This document shows, piece by piece, positions 7,664 through 17,000 of a DNA stretch of 30,418 bases; the stretch's first letter is position 1; each line of letters starts with the position of its first letter. Under the pieces are notes generated by a model, which ran no database searches, had not been told where the DNA came from, and saw only the letters and a list, made by a program, of their open reading frames with translations. The DNA is from Polyangiales bacterium (lineage in GTDB: Bacteria; Myxococcota_A; Polyangia; Polyangiales; Houyiibacteriaceae). The stretch lies in NCBI GenBank assembly GCA_045106895.1, contig JBGCFM010000277.1, positions 1-30,418 of the forward strand, given 5' to 3'. Position numbers and translations under genes: made by a program.

Positions 7664-8413
7664 CTAAGTCGCGGTCCATCCGCCATCGACGCATAACGTC
7701 TGGCCGCTCATGTAGGCGGCGTCATCGCTCAGCAAAAACGCAGCGACGCCCGCGATGTCACTCGGCTGCCCAACCCGCCCCAACACCGTGCGATCGACGA
7801 CCTGCTTCTTGATGCCTGGGTTCTCCGTCAACGCCCGCGCGAACTTAGTCTCGATGAGTCCAGGCGCGATGGCGTTGAAGCGAATGCCGCTTGGGCCAAG
7901 CTCTGCCGCCAGGGTCTGCGTCATGCTGATAACCGCGGCTTTTGTCATGCCGTAAGCGCCCTGCATGGGTGCCGCCATCTTGCCGAGGACACTGGAGACG
8001 TTGACGATGCTGCCCGGGCTCTCGCGTTTGATCAGATGGCGAGAGACCGCTCGAGCGCACGCAAAGTAGCCCTTGAGGTTAACCTCGAAGGTCTTGTCCC
8101 ACGCGGGCCATTCGACGTTCATCATCGGACCAAAGTAGGGATTCGTCGCTGCGTTGTTGACGAGACCGTCGACTTTGCCGAAACGCTCAATGGTGCCCTC
8201 CACCAGTTCATTGATCGCCTCTTCGGAGCCCGTGTGACAGGCGATGGGAAACGCCGAATCACCCAAGCGTTCGGCGACGGGCTTTAGCCCATCGATCTTT
8301 CGCGACGCCAAGACGACCTGGCCACCTTCTGCGACGACGCGCTCGGCGATGGCCTCTCCAATTCCGCGACTCGCGCCGGTCACAATAATGACGCGCTCTT
8401 TCAATCGATCCAT
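7664..8413 (-). CDS. Classical short-chain dehydrogenase/reductase (DHRS4-like)
   Basis: TGASRGIG, NNAATNP, catalytic YGMTK, IAPGLIET and VDGG. Confidence 0.95.
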   Translation of the reverse strand: MDRLKERVIIVTGASRGIGEAIAERVVAEGGQVVLASRKIDGLKPVAERLGDSAFPIACHTGSEEAINELVEGTIERFGKVDGLVNNAATNPYFGPMMNVEWPAWDKTFEVNLKGYFACARAVSRHLIKRESPGSIVNVSSVLGKMAAPMQGAYGMTKAAVISMTQTLAAELGPSGIRFNAIAPGLIETKFARALTENPGIKKQVVDRTVLGRVGQPSDIAGVAAFLLSDDAAYMSGQTLCVDGGWTAT

Positions 8414-8422
8414 GATCCCTCG

Positions 8423-9085
8423 TTAGCCTTCGTTGACTTCGTGTCGCGTAATGTCTGCCCAAGTTGGCACCAGACGGCTCGGCGCCACTGTGACCACGTG
8501 AAGGCGCAGCACCACGCGCTGGACGGGCGACGTGCGCGAAAAGCGCGCGTGACCAGGATGCTCAAACACGGCCTCGGTACCGGGCCGCGGGTAAGGGTAC
8601 GAGAGCTCAAAGGTCTCACCATCGCGATGCTGACCACCGACGAGACGACACCCGACGAACCCATGTCCCGGATTCGGCTGGCTGTTCGCTCGGTCCGTGA
8701 CCGATACACAAACCATCGAGGCGTTCATCGTGTACACGCGGTTCATCGTCCACACTTCCACGACCTGGGACGGGCGATCCATGTGCGGCGAGGGACCGTG
8801 CTGGTGCATCACCTCGATCTCGACGAGGGGCGTGCGATCGTGAGGGCTGCCTTTTTGTGTGGTTCCGGGAGGAAGATACAGCTCCCCGCTCTCCGTCAGG
8901 GACGCCGACTCGCTTGGGGGAGAATGACCCGCCGAGACCGGCGAGGAGGGAGGGCCCGAAAACCCACCAAACTCACCAGGAGCAAGGTCGCCCGCCCGCG
9001 GCTTGGGAACGCCGGGGTCTAGAGGGTTCGCAAAGCCACGATGGGTCTTTTGGGTTCGGATATCATCGTCGTCACCGCCAGCCAT
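8423..9085 (-). CDS. Hypothetical protein: disordered N-terminal half and beta-rich C-terminal domain
   Basis: GC-rich codon third positions. It stops 9 nt before the SDR start, with GAGG as the SDR SD. The C-terminal part reads WTMNRVY...CVSVTDR...H..VG.RL.G...PRPG..A.F...TSPV. Confidence 0.75.
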   Translation of the reverse strand: MAGGDDDDIRTQKTHRGFANPLDPGVPKPRAGDLAPGEFGGFSGPPSSPVSAGHSPPSESASLTESGELYLPPGTTQKGSPHDRTPLVEIEVMHQHGPSPHMDRPSQVVEVWTMNRVYTMNASMVCVSVTDRANSQPNPGHGFVGCRLVGGQHRDGETFELSYPYPRPGTEAVFEHPGHARFSRTSPVQRVVLRLHVVTVAPSRLVPTWADITRHEVNEG

Positions 9086-9122
9086 GGGCCAGAGATTAGC
9101 CGATGTGGCGCCGCGTGGGGCG

Positions 9123-9144
9123 ATTTCGGCTCATGAGTCGAAAT
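9123..9144. promoter_or_regulatory. Near-perfect 22-bp palindrome in a divergent promoter region
   Basis: ATTTCGGCTCATGAGTCGAAAT; only one of the 11 pairs is mismatched. Confidence 0.5.
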
Positions 9145-9224
9145 TGGCTGCCAGATCTCTCCGTGTGAGACCGCATTTTCCCCCCCCAAAGCCGGGAACA
9201 CCGCTACAAAGGAGGCCGCACCGC

Positions 9225-9233
9225 TGGTATCGT
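9225..9233 (+). promoter_or_regulatory. Putative extended -10 element of the TPR operon
   Basis: TG-G-TATCGT, about 30 nt upstream of the ATG at 9263. Confidence 0.4.
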
Positions 9234-9262
9234 TCGGCGGACGAGAAAAGCGCAACGCGTTC

Positions 9263-12200
9263 ATGGTCGACTCCTCGCACACACCTAGTTCCTCAGACAG
9301 CGCATCGGGCGCCTCACCCGAAGGGCCCGATCGCACAGCCATGCTGATGCGCGAGCTCCAGACGGAGGGGCTCGACGCAGATACCGAGGCGTTGCTCCGC
9401 TGGGATTTCGCGCGTCACCTGGAGAACACGGACGATCCCGCCGGCGCCGTCAAAGCGTACCTCGTCTCCTACAATCTCACGCCGGCGTTTCGTCCGCCCC
9501 TCGACGCCCTCGTCCGCATCTTTGGACGGCGCCGCTCCTTCAAGAATCTGAAACGGCTCCTTGAAACGACCCTCAAGTCGACGAGCGAAAGCCAAGGGCG
9601 CGCTTCGGCGATGTTGGACCTCGCGTCGTTCGCGGAACGGCACGAAGAAGATCGCAACGCAGCCATCGAGTGGGCCGAGCGCGCACTCGAAACCGACCCC
9701 GCAAGCCGCTTCGCCGCGTACACCCTTGAGCGACTCGGTCGAGGAACCGGCGACCCTTCCCTCATCACGCGTTCCCTCGAAGCCCGAGCGCTCACCACCG
9801 ACGACGTGGTTCTCAAAGGACTCTTCTTGCATGACCTTGCAGAAGCGCGCGCAGCGGAGGACGACATCGACGCAGCGGTCCTCGCCCTCGATGAGGCGGC
9901 GCAGCTTCCTGCCGTTCGGTGGCGCAGCTTTGCCGCCCTGGAACGTTTGGCGCGAAAGTTCGAGAGGCCGGCGGACCTGGCGCGGGCTCTCGAAGGCCTC
10001 GGCGCTCTCGCGCTGGCGGCCCCCGGAGGGGAACCCGTCGAGGGCTCCGGCGCGTTCCAGATGGATCGTTTCTCGGACGAACAACGATCGCGCGGGGAAG
10101 GCGTCGCTTGCCTCTATGAGGCAGCCATGCTTCGCCTGGAGTCCACGGACGAGCCGGAAGCCGCGGCGGCGCTCCTCGCACGCGCGAGTGAGATCCGAGC
10201 CGACGACGCTTTTATTCGACGTGCATATATTCGCGCGCTTCGCGCAGCCGGAGATGTCGACGGCGTAGCCGCCGAGGCCGGTCGTCTCGCTGACTCGGAG
10301 CTCCCCGACGACATCAAGGCGAGTCTTCTCTACGAAGCCGCCCTCGCGACACAAGGCCACGACCACCCAGCGGCGATGGCGACGCTTGAGCAGGCGCGCG
10401 CCCTAGCGCCACACTCCGCCGCTCTTGAAGCCACAGAAAACCACTGGCTTCAGTCCGGTGGCTACCTGACGGAGTGGGTCAAATCCCTTGAGCGACCACT
10501 TCCTGAAGGAGCCTCGGCGGAAACGCGCAGCGAGACCTCCGCCAACCTTTGGCGAGCCGCGATCGTCTCAAGTCGCCGACTTAAGGACTTTGCCCGAGCG
10601 CGAAAGTCCTTTGAGCGCGCCGCCCTCTATGCGGAAGACTCACTTCCTGTGCTTCGCGACCTCTACGAAGAGTGCTTGGTGCATGGTGAGTACGGCGCGG
10701 CGCAAGACGTCCTCGCCGCGATGTGGACACAGGACCTTGAAGACGAGGAGCGCTCTTCGCTCCATGCGGACCGCGTTCGTCTCGCCGTCGCCGCTGGAGA
10801 TGACGCGACATTGCGCACACATCTCGAAGCCGCCCTGGCGGACGAATCGACGCACAGCTGGGCGCCCGACGCGGTGCGTCTTTTTGCGGCACGCCTCGGT
10901 GACTTCAACCTTCTCGCGAGCGCCCACGAGGCTCTCGCGAGCAACGCCGGTCCGGACGATGACGCAGCGGCTGCCCTCGCGAGTGCGGCACGGGCCGCTC
11001 GCCTCGCCGGGGACGAGTCCCGAGCGGAACAAAACGCACGAGCAGCGCTGGAGCGCTTCCCTGGGCATCGATACGCCGCCGCGCTCCTCGAAGAGATCCT
11101 ACGCGCGCAAGGCAAGTCCGACGAGGTCGTCGCCCTCCTTCGCAGCGCCGCAGAGGCACGACAAGGAGACGCCGCAGCGGTAGTGTCCCTCCTGAGCGCA
11201 GGCGCAGCCGCAGAGGCCTCCGGTGATAGCAAGCTCGCGGCGGATACATACGAGCAGGCCGCAGACCTTGATCCCACGGACGAGTCTCCGCTCTGGGCGT
11301 TGGCGCGACTTGGCGCTCAGAACGACGATAACGGGCTTGTTCTTCGCGCCCTCGAGGCCCTCTCGGAGCTTGAGCTTCAAGGCCAAGGGGCCGGTCACGC
11401 GACGCTTGCTCTCGGCGAGCACTACGCAGTGCGCGCGTCAAAAAGCGAGCTGAGCGAGGCGCCGCTGGAGGCGTGCCTCGATACACCCGAGCTCGCGCCG
11501 GACGCCGCCTTCGCACTCGCGATCCAAGGCGAGTCCGCCATCGACCCAGCACTTCGCCTGCGCGCGTTGCGGCTCCTGTCCAAGAGCGCGCCCCAAGACG
11601 CGATGCACCTCCTCCGTGACGCGGGCGTCACGGCTGCGACGGGCGAGCTCGCCCCCGACGCCGTCGACGAGCTCAGCGAAGAGCTTCGAGCTCTTGACGC
11701 ACAAGACCCATTTGCAGTTCTCGTTTCGCTTCTGAACGCGCCGGCTGCCGAGCGCGCTGACGCATGGCTGAACCTGTCCAACTCGACGACGGGGGCGACG
11801 CGCGAAGCGTTTACTCTGCATGGCCTGCGCTCCATGATGGCGTCCGGGACGGACGCGAGCGCCGACGCTTTCATGATCGCCCAAGAGCTCGCGGGCAGCG
11901 AAAGTGAATTTGCCGCCATCGCCGTCGACGAGACGCTCGAAGCCAGCGACGACGCGGACCCACGCTCGGAAGCACTCATCGGTCGAATCTCCCTCGCGTC
12001 CGAGGCTACGGCAGCTTCGCTCCTCGCCGGCGCGGGACGTGCCGCCACGGAGGCAAGGCGACCCGAAGCCGTAGACCTCCTGCAAAGGGCCATCGACGCG
12101 CAGCCCGACGACCTGGTCTCTTGGGAGGCGATGCGTGTAGCTGCGCGGGACGCCTCCGACTGGCCAAGGGTCGCCGAAGCGTGCGACCACCTCGCCATCG

Positions 12201-14011
12201 TCCTCGGCGAAGGCCCGTTCTACTGCGAGCTTGTCGAAGAGAGCGCCGCCGTCCGGATGGACTACCTCGGCGATGACGACGGAGCGCGCAAGCGGCTCAT
12301 GAGGCTCTTCGAGTCTGAGCCAGGCCGAGCGAAGGCCTACCACCGGCTCCACGACCTGCTTCAAGAAGCCGGCGATACGCACGGCCTCTCGCAGCTGGTG
12401 GCGCGCCGGATCTCCGCCATTGATGACAGCGACCAACTCGAGCGGCTGTTCTACGAACAAGCGCGCCTCCATCGCTCGCACGGAAAGCTCGAGGACGCGC
12501 TTCTCTCCCTTGAGAACCTCGACATGCTCAACGAAGGCCACGTCGGCGGTATCGCGTTGGCCATCGAGATCAACGTCGCACTGGAGCAGTGGGACGAAGC
12601 CGTCGATTCGCTGCGGGCCCTCGCCGCCGCCGACGTTCCAAACAAACAACGACGAATCGCGCTCTTGGGCGCCGCAGACTTCCTTGAACGAAAGAAGGGC
12701 GACAGCGCGGCGGCCCTCACGGAACTCCGGCGCATTGAGGAGCTGGGGCTCGCGGACAACGCTTTGTACGTCCGGATGGCGGACGTCGCGCTTCGAGCGG
12801 GGCAATCGCAAGAAGCGGTGCGCACTCTTCTCAACGCTGCGGACCAGTACGGCGGAAGCGAACGAGCGCACTTGCTCCGGCGTGCCGCCGCCGTCCAACG
12901 CGAAGACCTCGGCGACGAGGGCGGTGCGTTGCTCTCCTACCGGCAAGCACTTTCCATCGAACCGACGAACATGGAGAGCGCGGAGGCTGTCGCGGCGCTC
13001 TTGCCCGCCGGCGAGATGAGGCACGCACACGCGTCGCAATTCGCCGAGAGTGTTCGTGCAGCGCTGAGAACCTCCACCATCAACCTCGTGGAACTTCAAA
13101 AGCTCCAGAGTGCCGCTGAGTGGCTCGACGACCGAGTGATGCGCGAGGCTGTCGTCGAGGTCATCGAAGTCCTAGGTCTCGACGAAACCCGACAGACGGC
13201 GCCAGAAGCGCAGCGGCCACTTCCCAAGCGTCAGCTTACCCGCGAGGAGATCCTTGGGCTTCAGGTGGCGCCCGCCCAAGCCTGCGCGGAGCTCGCCTCC
13301 GCCGCAGAGGAGACACTCGCGGCGATGGAAGGTCTCGAACTGGGCACCCTCGGCTTGACGCGGCGGGACACCGTTTCGAAGGACGATGGCATTCGCGCCG
13401 CCCTAGAGAGCGCATCCGCCGCGTACGGCATACCAATGGGCGAGGTCTACCGAGGAGGCTCCAGCCCAGAACGTATCCTTGCTGTTCCAGGAAAGCGCGA
13501 CCGAACGGACTGGGTCGTGGGCGCGAACGTGCAAGGAGTCGTCCACGCTTCTCAGGCCTTTGAGATCGGACGCCAAGCCTACGCGGCCTATGCACATCTT
13601 CGCTCGTTCAGTCCCCACGGTGCAGCCAAGGGAGCAACCATGCTCTTTGCAGCATGCGCTGCTGCAGGGCGGGCGCTCCCCGAAGGCGAAGGCCGCCCGG
13701 GTGTGAGTGAATGGACTCGCGCCGCGGAAGGCGCGATGTCTCGGCGCGGTCGCAAGAACATCGTCGCGGCGGTCACGAAGGCCCAAGCGAGTGGCGCGGT
13801 CGATGTGGAACGTTTCCTGGGTGGAGCGCTGCATTCGATGAACCGGACCGGTCTCTTGTTTAGCCAGAATATTCGCGTCGCTCTCGAGTCCGTTCTCGCT
13901 GCCGAACCCACCACTGAGCGACTCCTCCGCTCCGCGGACGGACTTGATGTTGTGCACACTTGGCTATCACCGACGTTTATCGATCTGCGTAAGAAACTGG
14001 GGCTCAAGTGA
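9263..14011 (+). CDS. Giant TPR-like alpha-solenoid protein A (1582 aa) with a myxobacterial-type C-terminal domain
   Basis: Many TPR-like units (A...Y.QA..LDP; ALE.DP; L..EP). No signal peptide. C-terminus NRTGLL...WLSPTFIDLRKKLGL. Confidence 0.88.
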   Translation: MVDSSHTPSSSDSASGASPEGPDRTAMLMRELQTEGLDADTEALLRWDFARHLENTDDPAGAVKAYLVSYNLTPAFRPPLDALVRIFGRRRSFKNLKRLLETTLKSTSESQGRASAMLDLASFAERHEEDRNAAIEWAERALETDPASRFAAYTLERLGRGTGDPSLITRSLEARALTTDDVVLKGLFLHDLAEARAAEDDIDAAVLALDEAAQLPAVRWRSFAALERLARKFERPADLARALEGLGALALAAPGGEPVEGSGAFQMDRFSDEQRSRGEGVACLYEAAMLRLESTDEPEAAAALLARASEIRADDAFIRRAYIRALRAAGDVDGVAAEAGRLADSELPDDIKASLLYEAALATQGHDHPAAMATLEQARALAPHSAALEATENHWLQSGGYLTEWVKSLERPLPEGASAETRSETSANLWRAAIVSSRRLKDFARARKSFERAALYAEDSLPVLRDLYEECLVHGEYGAAQDVLAAMWTQDLEDEERSSLHADRVRLAVAAGDDATLRTHLEAALADESTHSWAPDAVRLFAARLGDFNLLASAHEALASNAGPDDDAAAALASAARAARLAGDESRAEQNARAALERFPGHRYAAALLEEILRAQGKSDEVVALLRSAAEARQGDAAAVVSLLSAGAAAEASGDSKLAADTYEQAADLDPTDESPLWALARLGAQNDDNGLVLRALEALSELELQGQGAGHATLALGEHYAVRASKSELSEAPLEACLDTPELAPDAAFALAIQGESAIDPALRLRALRLLSKSAPQDAMHLLRDAGVTAATGELAPDAVDELSEELRALDAQDPFAVLVSLLNAPAAERADAWLNLSNSTTGATREAFTLHGLRSMMASGTDASADAFMIAQELAGSESEFAAIAVDETLEASDDADPRSEALIGRISLASEATAASLLAGAGRAATEARRPEAVDLLQRAIDAQPDDLVSWEAMRVAARDASDWPRVAEACDHLAIVLGEGPFYCELVEESAAVRMDYLGDDDGARKRLMRLFESEPGRAKAYHRLHDLLQEAGDTHGLSQLVARRISAIDDSDQLERLFYEQARLHRSHGKLEDALLSLENLDMLNEGHVGGIALAIEINVALEQWDEAVDSLRALAAADVPNKQRRIALLGAADFLERKKGDSAAALTELRRIEELGLADNALYVRMADVALRAGQSQEAVRTLLNAADQYGGSERAHLLRRAAAVQREDLGDEGGALLSYRQALSIEPTNMESAEAVAALLPAGEMRHAHASQFAESVRAALRTSTINLVELQKLQSAAEWLDDRVMREAVVEVIEVLGLDETRQTAPEAQRPLPKRQLTREEILGLQVAPAQACAELASAAEETLAAMEGLELGTLGLTRRDTVSKDDGIRAALESASAAYGIPMGEVYRGGSSPERILAVPGKRDRTDWVVGANVQGVVHASQAFEIGRQAYAAYAHLRSFSPHGAAKGATMLFAACAAAGRALPEGEGRPGVSEWTRAAEGAMSRRGRKNIVAAVTKAQASGAVDVERFLGGALHSMNRTGLLFSQNIRVALESVLAAEPTTERLLRSADGLDVVHTWLSPTFIDLRKKLGLK

Positions 14012-17000
14012 GCGAAGACGACGATTTCGATCTTGATTCTGCTCTCGACGCGTGGGCAGATAGTTTTGACGCGGGCACTTCGCAGCCGCCTGCTCCGCCG
14101 GAAGCGGAGAGCAAGCGGCCTTCGAATCGTCCGACGTCGCCTCCACCTCTAGGTGCGACGGAGCTCGCCTCCAAGTTCCCTCTCTTTGAAGAAGACGACG
14201 GCGAAGAGGCCTCAACAAAGATCGCTTCGGTTCCACCTTCGCTTCTCGCAGCGCTCGGAGAGACGAACAAAGCCATCGATCTCGACCTCGATGGGCTCTT
14301 CCCGCCTGAGCTTGAGAACTCGGTGGCGGCGGAGGTTCGGAGCGACCCTCCTCCGCCGGGGCGTGCGTCCGACCGACCCTCGAGGCCCGCCTCCGTGCGG
14401 CCTCTCTCCGCGCCCCCCGAAGACATCGACGTCGACGTCGACAGCCTGCTCTTCGATATCGACGCTGCGGCGAGCGAAGCCCCCGCTGGGCTGCTGGCTG
14501 AAGAAGACGAAACCGCCCGCGAACTCGACGACGACAAGCTGGACATCGACTCGCTCTTCCCCATGGATGTTGCGTCCGACGAAGACGATGACGACGATTT
14601 TGACCTGCACTTCGGCGAACCCACGGAGGAGCCGAACGACGAGGAGACTCGTGTCGGGTCCTACGCTGCGGCGGAAGCATCGAGCGGCGCGAGTTCATAC
14701 GAAGAAGCAGCAGCAGACAGGTTCGAAGCTGAAGACGAAAAGGTCGAAGCTGAAGACGAAAAGACCGAAGCTGAAGACGAAAAGGCCGAAGCTGAAGCTG
14801 ACCGTGAACTCGACGCTCAGGTGCTCGTTGACGACACCGCCGAGGGCCCGGCGAATGCCTCTTCCGCTCCCCCTCCGCCGCCGCGCCCGGTTCCTCCGCT
14901 TGTGCAGCGCCCGCTGATCCCGTCACCTGCCGTTCCGGCCCTCGCAATCCCGGCCAGCAAGCCCGTGGTCGTCGCCGAAAGCGGCCCCCCGGTCGTCGCC
15001 GTGCCTTCGGTGCCCGTCGAAGCGCCCCAGGGGCCTTCGGACGATGAGTCCTTGCAAGCGAACGAAGCCCAAGTGTCACCGGATGATGTTTCGGAGACCC
15101 CCACTGCAAATCCAGAGCCCGCGTCCGCAGCGCTTGCGGAGGCGGAGGCGGAAGCAGAGGACCCGAACGCCGAAGCACAGCCTCTTGCGGACGAGCCACC
15201 GGCGAGCGTGGCGGCGCCCCTCGCGAACGAGGACAAAGACGGCGGCGCGCAGACCGCTCAGAGAACCGTGACGCGACGAAAACCGCGACGCGAAGACTAC
15301 CCCCTCGTCGGTCACGACATCCGGACGAAACGTGCTCGCACGAAGCTTCTTCGCGAGCTCGCTATTCGAAGTGACGACACCGGAAAAGCAGGACTGCTGC
15401 TCGCCGCGTCGGAAATGGAAATGCAGCTCGGCGAGGCTGGCGAAGCTCGCTCGCTGACACGGGCGGCGCACGAGACCGACCCTCTAAACCTTCTCGCACT
15501 CCGAAGCATGCGGCGCGACGCGTTCAGTCAGGGCGACTGGGGCGAGGCCGAGGCTCTCTTGGAGAAAGAGATCGCACTTCCGCTCTCTGAGATCGACCGA
15601 GGCGCGGCGGCCATGCTCCTGGCTGAGGTCCGACTCGCGCAAACGCACGACTACGGAGGCGCCGCAGAGGCCGCCACCATGGCGTACGAATCGACGAAGA
15701 GCCCCGCGGCGGCGATCCTCCTAGCCCTGGCGCGACGCGCAGACGGCGACAGGGAAGGCAGCGCCGAGGCGCTCGGCTGGGCCGGCGCAAACATCGAGGA
15801 CTCCGGTCTCGGCTCCGTACTTCGAGGGATGGCCGGGCGCTCCATGGAGCGAGGAAATTCACCGCTTCTCGCGGCGAAGCTCTACAACGGCGAGGACATC
15901 TCGTCGCTTCTTGGCCGCGCACGAACCGCCCCGACGGCGAACGCCCGCCGCGACGCACTCGCGATGGCGAGCATTCAGGCGGAAAGCCCATTCCTGCGTG
16001 AACTCGCGCGCCGAGGCGCGGCGCTCCTCGCCCTAGCCGGCGGTGACGCCGCCTGGGCCACCACCGGTTTGACGGACGGTACTCGCGCCACAACACATCG
16101 ACTCCGCGCCCAAGCCGCCCAAGTTGCTGGCAAAGCGGACATTCGCGAAGCGAGCCTCGTCGCCCTCGCGGCCTGCACCGGGGGTAGCTCCCGCGCGCTC
16201 GCTCTCGTCGACCTTGCCGAGGTGCTCGCCGCCCGCGAAGATCTTGAAGGCGCGGAACAAGCGCTGCGAGATGCTCATCTCGCCGATAGCAAGCTTGGAA
16301 CAGTCCAGGTTGTGCGCGAGGTCATCGCTCGCAAGTCCGGGGACACCAGTCGCCTGGCCCAAGCCGCTCTCGTCGCCTCGTCGGACGGACGCGGGGCTAT
16401 CGAAGCTGCTGCGATGCACGTGCGAAGCGGAGACGACGTGGAGGCACGTCAACGCAGCGAGCGCACGCAGCTTCAACACGCTCTTGAAGAAGGCGTGGCG
16501 CCGCTCACAGCAGACACCCTGCTCCTCGATCTGTGCGCAGAATCAGGGGACAGCGAAGGCACTCAGCAGCAGCTGAGGCGCTACGCGGATCGTGCCACTG
16601 GCGCGCGACGCGTCGGCGCCCTCCTCGCCCTCGCCGAACGAAGCGACGATCCGGCGGCTGTGTTGGCCGAAGCGCGTGACGCCGCGCCTGGTCTCGCCGT
16701 CGTCACACGTCCCTTGGCGCGAATGCTTCGTGTCGCAAACCCTGAACGCGCCGCCGCAGCTTGGCTCGAAGAGTCCGAAGCCGCCGACCGACCTCGAGCT
16801 GCTCACGCCGCGAGCACCGCTGCACGAATCCTCCTTGAAGCCGGAAGTGCCGAAGAAGCACACGCGGCCGCTCGACGCAGCTACGATCTCGCGCCAAGCG
16901 CAGGACCAGCCTCGTGGATGCTGGCAGGAGATCTAGGGCCAAGCCTCGAAGGAGAAGAGCTCGCGCTCTTTCTGGAAGAGGTCGGCGACGGGGACACCAA

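Noticed and set aside
11438..13099. 553-aa antisense ORF (also 9314-10366, 13967-15199 and 17038-17937)
   Set aside because: These lie opposite the TPR genes, have no motifs, and are expected from stop-poor reverse frames.
14724..14797. Tandem repeat considered as a CRISPR array
   Set aside because: There are no spacers, it is an in-frame coding repeat, and there are no cas genes.
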